Assembly (NCBI RefSeq): GCF_009914755.1
Contig: NC_060926.1
Direction: 5' to 3' (one strand)
DNA from: the human T2T-CHM13v2.0 reference genome, Homo sapiens
Length of the DNA stretch: 64,000 nucleotides
Both the position numbers and the translations under genes were made by a program. This document shows, in pieces, positions 53,951 through 64,000 of this stretch; position 1 is the stretch's first letter, and each line of letters begins with the position of its first letter. The notes below the pieces were generated by a model that made no database searches, had not been told where the DNA came from, and worked only from the letters and a program-made list of their open reading frames with translations.

Positions 53951-54639
53951 CAATTGCAGGAGCCCTTTACATTCCTCTGACTCGGAAATTAATGAGAACG
54001 TAGTGCAAAAAGAACATTTGATGTTAGAACATATTTGAAGAATACAATGAAGTTGTGGGAAGCACACCGAAATGAAGAAAAACATCTAGTGAATCAGTTT
54101 GAAAAAAAGCCCATTTGAAAACCAGGCTATAGAATATAACCCTCAATATCTTTTAGATTTGTGCTGTTTTCCCACTAATCCCGAATTTATCTTAAATATC
54201 TCTCATTCTACTTAATTTATAGTTTAAGAGACTATTTCTTGATATGTTTGTTCATTTTTCCTCCACATTCCAACTACACGGATGTCTATTGCTGTCATCA
54301 TTAGTCTGAACATTGTTTAAGAGGTAGGCACCTTCAACAGCCATTGAGTATACATTTAAATAATATTAATCGTTCAAATCTTATCCATGTCGGACTTTAC
54401 AATGGAGAAAGGAAGCTAAAGTGAGATTGGTCAACCTTGTAAAACATTATTTCCAACAATTTCTCTTGTCAAAACCAAAGTATCTTTGTTTATTTAATTT
54501 ATTGGGTTTTATTCCAATGTATATGGTTCTATTTCTCAATATTATGTCTACTGTAACTAGTGTCCAAACTAATGCATAACTCCACAGGTTTATATATATC
54601 TATAAAAGTAAAATGAAAAAAGTCTGTAAACATGTAGCA

Positions 54640-55162
<523 letters not shown>

Positions 55163-58100
55163 TTATAGTACAGGATTATATAATTTTTCGTAATGGACAT
55201 CTCCTTGGAAATTGGTTAATTAAACATTTTAAATATATTTGAGCACCTAAAGTATATATCTCAGTTGAAAATATTTTTACATGTTTTAAGATCAATATGT
55301 AATATTTAGAAACTAGTTTAAATAATAGACCAGCATTAAAATGGTCTCTGTTCTCATTTATATTTTAGCCAAAGTTTTATTCTCAATATATACTAAATAC
55401 AGGTGGATCTGATCATAACACACAACTTCCCTCAATTTTACCAGATACAGGTCCCAAGGAGACATCTCTCCTCCTATTCAATTTAAGCTCTATTTAGCAT
55501 TATAGTGACATTATAAAGCTTTTGACTACTCCCTCCTTGGGGAATTTTCTTTTATGCTTTCTCATTGAGAGGATTCTCTCCCATTTCTTAAGAGGAATAT
55601 TGAAACAGAAATTTGGTTCCAGAAAAAATATCCAATTCAGAAGCTATTTCTTATAGAAATATATACATAGATTAAGTTAGATAATTTTATGATGGAGCTG
55701 CTAACAGAGAAAGTAGTTATTTATCCCAGGCCTTGTTTTGATAATGTGATTTATTAGAACAATGTTGTATATGACTGGATAAATGGAAATCAAGACATAG
55801 TATGAGTAAACATTTTGAATGTTTTCTGTATGTCTTTTTAGCAACATTGACAGGCTTTCTTGAGTCTCAGTCAGACTGATGGGTAGGCTTCATACTAAGA
55901 CAGAGCCTGCAGAGTGTAGAGAGGATAACAAGAGTTACAGAGCTGTTAATGTTTTTCTATCTGTCATTCTGATTCATTCACAGGACATTAGAAGGAAAGA
56001 AACCTTTAAAGCCATCAAGTTCAATTATTTCCTTTAAAAAATAACCAGTTTAAATACAGAGAAATACTTGATTTTTTTGAAATCATAACATAGGCAGGCA
56101 GAATCCAAACTTTCCAATCCCCAATCTACCACTTCCCCACTACTTCATGAATCTCATGGCCTCCTTCTAATCTGTAATGAAATATACACCAAGAGAAGAA
56201 TGTCTACCTCTTGTCATATATAAGGCTTACTTGACAGTTGGCTTCCTGTGATTCCTTCATATGCTAAGGACCACTGCACCCAGAATACCAGGGGTGTTTG
56301 TAGGTGGGATAATAATTATTTTGGGTTGTGAGGATGAGTGTTGCTTCTATATTTTAATTTTTATAATACTTTATATAATAAAACTTGGAAGGCTTTAATC
56401 AGAAGTGTACCATGTTATAACATGATCTCTCAACATCCGTGCCTCAGGTAAGGATAAGGCATTTGATGAATCTGTAAGGTTACTGGAAGTTCACATCACA
56501 GCAGCACTATTAGTTATTGTTCTGAGAGTTACATTCCACCAATTGAATTCAAAGCTTGGTGAGGACATGGCTGCTGATTTTTCAGAGCTATGCCATTTTT
56601 CTCAATGCTGTAGTTTAGAGGATTCATTAGCAGGCATGTTGCAAGATCATCGTGTGGAGAGTTCATGATGAAGCTTTTCAATGGGAACTAGAGACTGAAC
56701 CAAACTGACAATTTATAATGGCTCAAGAAAAGCCCAGGCCAGAGAGATTGCATCAGTACGTGTCATAGAAAAGAAAGCAACAACTCTAATATGAATTCTG
56801 CACAAAACACAGGCAGAGTGCTCCTGGCATCAAGGCCAATAGAACACTGTAAATGTGTGTCCTATAATATCTACAGATCCAGTTAGATGTATCAATTCTT
56901 AGTTAAATTTTGGAAGCTCCACTAACATATTCTAGTATACAGGTGTTGCAAAGGAATGAACCACTGAGACTACACTGTGAATCAGAATAAAGTTCAAGCT
57001 ATACGAGGTGGTTTTCATAGCATCAGGTAATCTTGATTCTGTGGCTGTGTATTACACTCAGATGGTGGTGCCTAAGCAACCTGAGTATATTAATGTGTTT
57101 GATGGAGGCTTAGATCAATCAATCAATGAGGACTAAAAATTCAACAAATGTGAAGCATAGAGAAGCAGGTGCACATTTACAGCAGTTGTGGTTTACAGTA
57201 TTTTCTTTTTTTTCTTTTATAAAAATGGTACATTCTACAACACTGTCACACTTTCTCTTAAGAATCTTTGCTACAATTGTTTGGGCCACCATGTATTCTT
57301 GAAGCTTACAATAATTACAGAGTTGTTTTTGGATATTGAATACTTATTGTGACTGTTTCTCAGAGAAGGTTCTAAGCATGAGAAAGTAAGCCAAAATTCT
57401 CATGGGCAGGAATAGAAACACTACTAAGAATTAGAGCCATTTAATGACAGGAACTTGTATTCAAAACCCTGTGATTATTTTATGAAAGATGAAGCTAGAG
57501 TGGGTCCAGGAAATTGGAATTAGACCTTAAATTGCAAAGGAGAAAAGGTAAATACGTCTAAATATTTGATCACATGAGATTTTCTCAAACTGATTATGTA
57601 TTTGTATTGCAATATAAACCATCAGACCCTTTGTAAAGTGTTTTACAAGAAGTTGAAAATTTGGGGAGGCTATAGAATCACTGTAATTTCAAGGGAGTAC
57701 TGTCTTGACAAATATGACCTGAGTTAGGGCTCCTTTGGTTGAATGGTAACTGAAACCTTACTTGAACTGCCTGAAGCTAACAGGGAAATTTATTGGGAAG
57801 ACACTGTGAACAGGTGTGTTCCTGGGCCTCTGGAGCAGACTCAGGGTCTGGAGGAGTCTGGCAATCCTGAGAAATTCTCTCTCCATCTGTCACATGTGCT
57901 TCCCCTGCTCATCTGCTTGCTTCTTCCTTCTCACTTGCTTTTCTCCACAGACATTTAGTAGAGAAGAACCTCCATGTCTAGCTGTATCTAGCTCTTCTCT
58001 CGATCCACAGGGCCAAGGAAGATGCTGTTACTTCAGCCCAGGACCAAAATGCACCCAAATTTGAAGTACTCCTAGGGGTCCTTAAGTGTCACAACTTTTT

Positions 58101-59289
58101 CTAAGATGCACATGTACAATATCTTTTACAATTCTCTTTTAAGAATAGAAGTACTACTTTAATTCTGTTCCCATCTACACACAGCCAGAAGAGTTTAATC
58201 AAGTGTCTCAGTCTGCGAGCGATATTTATGATAAGTTGTCTTGGTGTTATAACAGTCGGGATAGAAATAAGACAGTAATGTTAGGGAGGTGTACAATGCT
58301 GAAATGCTGAGGATTTTATTACTCTGTAGTTTTTGCAATTTATCAGTACAGAAGCTAGATTGGAGCTAACCTAGAATAGTTTTACAGAAATATAGAAGTG
58401 TTTTGTGGAAATACTCTATTCTTGCTTTACCATCTTTTGTATCAATAAACTGGGGAGGAGGAAGAGGGACGGACTGAGGAGCGTAAGTATTGACTTGAGG
58501 AAAGTTGACTTATTTAGGAACTTCAATACATTATCAAAATTTGATCTCCTTGGTCACTATTTTATTTTGAATGGATTTATATTCATGCTTTTCATACTAA
58601 ATAATAAAATAAAACCTGACTTTCACAAGGCTTAATGTCCTTTCTTCATTTTAAGTGTGGTAGAATAATAAGGAAGGAGGAGAGTCATATTTACAGCTAA
58701 GACAAATTTGTATTTGAGTTATAGAGCCCTCCCTGATGTTATTAGACTAAATAAAAAACTTCCAATTTGCATAACTAGAAAAACAATCCAAAACAACACA
58801 TAGTTGAGCAGAGTTTTACACCTAATTAATTCATGCAATAGGTGTCCCTATCCATGTAAATTACAATATAAGAAAATAAAGATACATGAGAATATGCATT
58901 TAATATTTTTGATAATTTATTATTTATCAAGTACCATAATGATTTATTTATGTGTTTTAATATTAATGGGGTTATTGCTACCATAAAGATATTCTGCTTG
59001 AATATAGCAAAATAAACCTATGGAATCATAGGCTTTTTCTTTTTTAATACAGAAGGTACTTGAGAAATCATGTAGAATAACTTTGCCATTTAATTGCTGG
59101 AGATAAGGCAGTTCAAGACTGTTAACTGACTTTCTCCAGGTTATACAGTCTTTGCTCTTAGGTTTCAGTTATTACTTTGCCAAGTAGGAAATATATTTAT
59201 AAATTACTTTGCACACAAATGTACCACTCTGAGGATGAAACTGGGTCTTATTTACACTAATATAGCATTAAAGAAACATTTTTTGATGA

Positions 59290-59543
59290 AACACTTCCAT
59301 GGAACTTACTGAGTGTCAGATACTGTCCTAAGCGATTTATACAGGTGAACTCATTTAGTCATTATAGAAAGCTTATGAGATAGGTATAATTATTATACCC
59401 ATTTGGTTAATGGAGAAACTGAGACACAAAGTGGTTATGTGACTTGCTAAAGTCGCATTGCTAGTACAGAACTGAGCCAGGAACTGAAGTCAGGCATTCT
59501 AACTTCAGAAACCAGGCTCTTCAACACAATACCATGTTGCCTC
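59290..59543 (-). mobile_element. MIRb, near full length
   Basis: tactgtcctaagc...tcatttagtc...tatgagataggt...cccattt...gagaaactgagac...gtgacttgctaaagtc...ccatgttgcctc. Confidence 0.88.
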
Positions 59544-61869
59544 CCTTAAAATTAAACGGTACTTCTTAACTATGATATGTGGTTGTCATACAATAATGCC
59601 ACTCAGATACAACCATCTTTCCTAAAACTATCATAGGTTCATCAAGTTGGAAGACATTGAGGTGTCCTTAATTTTCTATCATATGAAGGAATCCCTTATA
59701 AGACATTAAAGATAAATGTTTCATCTATCTCTGGTCTACTTTCTAAAAGTATTGTAAAAAATCAATAAAATTCTTTCTGGGCAGTGTTTAAACATCTGTA
59801 TCTTAATATTGAAACTTGAATATCAGGTTATGATATTATAAATAATCAAAGGATGTGTTTCAAACCAAAGAACATTTTTATTTCTATACCTGGTATTGAT
59901 TTAAACGTTGCTAATTAAATGATAGTTTTATTCTCTCAGTAATTTTCAAATTGCATTGTGTGCAAAGCAGTACAATTGTCTGATATTGGGTTTAAATATG
60001 AATGTTTGCTTTTAAATGATATTTCAAAATTGTTCATATTGCATTGACAATCTCAGTGATTAAAGTTTACATGAGCTGAGAACTTTGAACATTTCATATA
60101 TATGTATGTAAAGTATGTATGAAATAGCCATTCCATTTAGACAATCCTCTTTTAAGTATCTAGCATGTGTCTGGCCCTATGTTGCATAATCATATAGATC
60201 CACTTTTAGCTACATAGTTTTAATACATACAAAGATATGCTAATAGAAGGTGGGCTTAGAAGCAAATACAATTTAGCACGAGTATAAAGTAGGACAATGT
60301 AAGAGAAGCCAGTTTACACAAATATTACACATTTTAATGCCAAATCAGGATTTCTAAGCTCTTTTGGAACAACAAACTTAAAGCTTAGAATCCTTCACAT
60401 AAAACTACAGCTTGAAGGAGAATTTACAAAGCAGTTTTTTTTAGTTCTACTGATTTTAGGAGACAGTTCTTTGAGACCCAAAATTATTATGTGTACATAA
60501 TTAACTGAAAGGAAACAGATATTGTATTTAGTTAACAATGCAAAATGTTTGTATTTAAGTTACTAGAAATTACAGAGTGTAGTAAATGACCAAAAGAAAT
60601 GTATAGTTACACACAACAAGATAATGAATTCAATCTTGAATGGTGATTCATAATTCATTTTCTAATGTAGATTTCTCAAGACTGAACATTTAATTCTTGA
60701 TGAAGTCTTTCTTAGGGATCAAATAAATTTTATTCTTGGCTATAAATGTAGTTTAACTCAAATATCCAATTTTCATAAAGAGTCCCTATTATGAATAGCA
60801 ATTGCCATTAAATGAATTATATTCTATAGGTATGATGATCTATTAGAATTTAAATTAACTGAATTTCAAGGGCCTCTGTTGAGTTCACACTATTGTAAGT
60901 GAAAGCCTGTCATCATTGTTTCAATTATACATTTCTCTTTTTTGTAATTTCTAACTAATTGATTTGAGATGCAATAAAGGCCAAATTTTAAAGACATATC
61001 TGAGTCCAACTTGGATATCCTTGCAGGCTGTCCAACAGTAGTGTTATTTTTGGTGAATGTAGGAATTATCTGGGATGTGTGTATCTGTGTGATTGTGTTT
61101 ATGTTGTCATTGACAGTTGATCAATCTATAGTTTTATAGGTACTGTAACTTTCTATGTATTGCCTTTCTGAAATAATCTTTTGTTAAGTAAAACATCCTC
61201 CTTTATTCAAATCAGCATTCCACATATGCTGAAACATACATTCATTTTGCCTTCTGCTCCCATCCTTTCTATTAATTGAAAAAAGTTTAAACGAAGTTCT
61301 AGAATGTTCCATCATCCACAAACCCACCTAGCAACTGCCTTAAATACAGTACCACAAATGAAAATGTATCCTTGCCAAATGCTAATTTATTTCCTCTGGT
61401 GTGATTCTATTTTTACATCAGACTCAAGCAGATAGTCAAATTATCTCATTTCATAGGGAAGAAATTGTAATAGGTATCATTTAAAGGAAAAAAATTATTG
61501 AGGGGGATGAGAGGAAAAGGTAAAAGAAAAAAACTTTCAAGGAGATCAACAAGTAGCTTTCAGCTAGAAGTTCTGATATCCTATACACACCACATAGAGA
61601 CAATAATAAACTGGTACAGGAATTGTATCTGACAGCATTTCAACATTAGAGAATATGTTAATGTTAATATCTCCACAGGAGTTAGTTTATTTCAAACCAC
61701 AAATGAAATTTACACATTTCAGGGCTTGCTAATTCCAGTGCTTACAAGAGCTAAGTAGGTAACATAATGGAACAAGGATAAAGTTGGGAGTTGGGGAGCT
61801 AAGAAAGGCATGTGTTCCCTAAAAGGCAGCCCAGGTCTCCTTGTTGTCCCTGAGAGACACTAGCCTTGA

Positions 61870-62043
61870 GGATGGGGACCCAGCCATCCCAACATCCCAG
61901 CTGAACTATTTTTCATCTTACCTGTCGGGTGAATGCAGCTATACAACTCCCGCTGCATGAGAATAGCACAAGAACTGCCCAGTCAATCCACAAAGTCACT
62001 AAATTTTAGAGTATTTTGTTATGCAGCAATGCATAAATAATAC
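61870..62043 (+). mobile_element. MLT1 (G/H-like) LTR 3' fragment
   Basis: cccagctgaa...tgaatgcagc...agaactgcccagtcaatccaca...tttgttatgcagcaat. Confidence 0.6.
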
Positions 62044-62249
62044 TGGGATTCACATTTTTCATCTGGGCCATTTACATTCATCAAAATCTTATCATTGTTT
62101 GTTTTTAAAAGGGGGCTATAACATGGCAAAGATTGAGTTTTGCAAATATAAATGGTGGTGGATATAAAAGATGAATTGGAACCTGGGTGAAGGGACACTG
62201 AGAGACAAAAATAAGGCATCACTACATGGGTCCAAAGAAGAGATTAAGA

Positions 62250-62552
62250 TTTTTATTTTTATATTTTATTTTAGGCAGGGTCTCGCTCTGTTGCTCAGGC
62301 TGGAATGCAGCTGTGTGATCATGGCTCACTGCATCCTTGACCTCCAGGGCCCAAGCAATCCTCCTACCTCAGCATACTGAGTAGCTGGGACTATAGGCAG
62401 GCACCACTATACCCGACTAATTTTGTTTGTTTTTTGAGAGATGGAGTCTCCCTGTGTTGCCCAGGCTTGTCTCGAACTTCCGAGCTCAAACAGTCCTTTC
62501 ACCTCGGCCTCCCAAAGTGCTAAAATTACAGCATAAGCCACTGTACCAGGCC
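62250..62552 (-). mobile_element. AluJ
   Basis: cagggtctcgctctgttgctcaggctgg...gatcatggctcactgcatccttgacctcc. Confidence 0.93.
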
Positions 62553-62573
62553 ATATGACTATTTATGCGAGAG

Positions 62574-62760
62574 CAGGCATCGGCAAAATTTTTTCTGCAA
62601 ATAGCGAATCAGTAAATATTTTAGGTTTTTCTGGTCATAAGGTCTCTGTTGCAAACAGTCAGCTCTGCCATTGTATCATGAAAACAGCCACAGAAAATAT
62701 GTAAATGAGTGAGTACAGCTATTTTCCAATAAAACTTTATTTATAAAACAGTCATGGGGT
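62574..62760. mobile_element. MER58A hAT-Charlie MITE
   Basis: tcggcaaaatttttttctg...gtaaatattttagg...ggtctctgttgcaa...ctctgccattgta...ttccaataaaactttattta. Confidence 0.88.
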
Positions 62761-62869
62761 TGTGTCTTTATTGGCACAAAAGCAGTGGGAATAAAAATAG
62801 AAGACAACATTTTGCAGTTAGACTCAATGTACTGTAGTCAGTGAAGAAAAGGAAACAATCAACAATGAC

Positions 62870-63350
62870 TTATGCTGCATATGACCAAGCAGATGATACT
62901 GGTGGTTACTGAGGCAAGAAATACAGAGTCAAAGCAGGTTTTGGGTGGGTCTGGTTTGGGGAGCTTGAGTCTGAAGTGGACGACCTGGGAGAATGGCATA
63001 CTCCTTCCTTGGATATGTAACTGTGGCCGACTAGATCTATGAGGCATATATTTGAGAGTCATTATCATGCAGGTAGAAATTAAAGCCAAGAATAGAAGGG
63101 ATCAATTTACCTTTCTGAGTTTCTTTTGCTTATTACAGTATCTCTCATACAGGAAGCACTCAAAACACTATAACAAAAATCATAAAAGTCAGCCATAATT
63201 CTGGTTTCAGTTGTATTATCACTAAGGGAGAGTGATAAATGAGAAAATAAAAGCATTGAAAACAGGTCCCAGGAGGAAATTAATATTTAAGGGGTAAAGG
63301 CATAGAAGATAAATTAGCAGAAGAGACCAGAAGGGATTGACAAAGGAGAA
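62870..63350 (-). mobile_element. L2 internal fragments
   Basis: ggtggttactgagg...gagcttgagtctgaagtg...atttgagagtcattatcatgcaggtag...atttaaggggt. Highly diverged. Confidence 0.45.
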
Positions 63351-63377
63351 AATCCCATTAAGAATGTTTCCCTGGCA

Positions 63378-64000
63378 GAGAGGGGCCAAAAGGGCCAACG
63401 AGAGACAGCTGCAGTCGGAGTCTCCCACCAAGAAGAAGGGAGAATGGAGAGTGAATCCTACACCAGCAACTGAGGTATCCAGGTTCTCTCGCTGGGATTG
63501 ACTAAGTGGTTGGCGTGACCCACAGAGAGTGAGGAAAAGCAGGGTGGAGCGACAGCCCACCTGGGAGCCGGAACAAGGGGAGCTCCCACCCCCAGCCAAG
63601 GGAGGCGGTGAGTGACCATGCTACCCTGCCCGGGAAGCCATGCTTTTTCCATGGATTTGTGCAACCCGTGGAGCAGATCTCCTCATGAGCCCATGCCACT
63701 AGGACCTTGGGTTCCAAGCACAGAGCTGTGTAGATTCTCAGTGGCCGCCTGGCTGGAGACTGCACAAGACTACTGAGTTCTCAGGGAGTGGGGCGGCAGC
63801 CATCACTACAGCTCCAGTCTGGCAGTTCCCCCCCACTGGTGCCGCGGAAACTGGGCAGTTTGGACCCAGGAAGAATTCCCCAGGGTGTACCACAGCAGCT
63901 GTGGCAGATTGTGGCCAGACTACCTCTTTAGTCTGGACCTGGATCCATCCCTTCTCACTGGGAAGGGCCTCCCTGCAAGAATTTCAGCAACTCCAGCCAG
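63378..64000 (+). mobile_element. L1 5'UTR (older L1PA, ~L1PA7-10/L1P3-like), continuing past the window end
   Basis: ggccaa.a.ggcc start, then caactgaggtatccaggttctctc.ctgggattgacta...cagggtggagcgacagcccacctgggag...cccagccaagggaggcggtgagtga. GC-rich. Confidence 0.88.

Noticed and set aside
63222-64000. GC-rich end as a gene promoter/CpG island with ORFs
   Set aside because: Explained by an L1 5'UTR.

Overview
AT-rich, CpG-poor primate genomic DNA, most likely human or another ape (AluJ/S/Y, a young L1PA 3' end, THE1/MST/MLT1 LTRs, MER DNA transposons, MIR/L2). It reads as a deep intron or gene desert. I find no supportable protein-coding exon, rRNA, functional tRNA, CRISPR array or CpG-island promoter; the supplied ORFs are Alu/LTR/L1/microsatellite artefacts or short chance ORFs. 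About 18 Alus, several LTRs, L1 fragments and hAT/Tigger MITEs are recognisable; subfamily names come from recalled consensus sequences, not a database search. I did not find a new biological system. The most interesting items are small-scale. (1) A repeat-free block at ~14.75-16.15 kb looks like a conserved regulatory element and contains a well-formed 113-nt non-coding exon candidate. (2) A tailless tRNA-Ile(AAT) 5'-half retrocopy carries an internal duplication (44.5 kb). (3) An old ~154-bp locally templated duplication interrupts a MIR (44.6/45.4 kb). (4) A young L1 3' end was rebuilt into a perfect 19-bp fold-back hairpin plus a tandem duplication (14.2 kb). (5) A MER53 palindromic MITE is split at its apex by an Alu. 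The locus could not be named from sequence alone.
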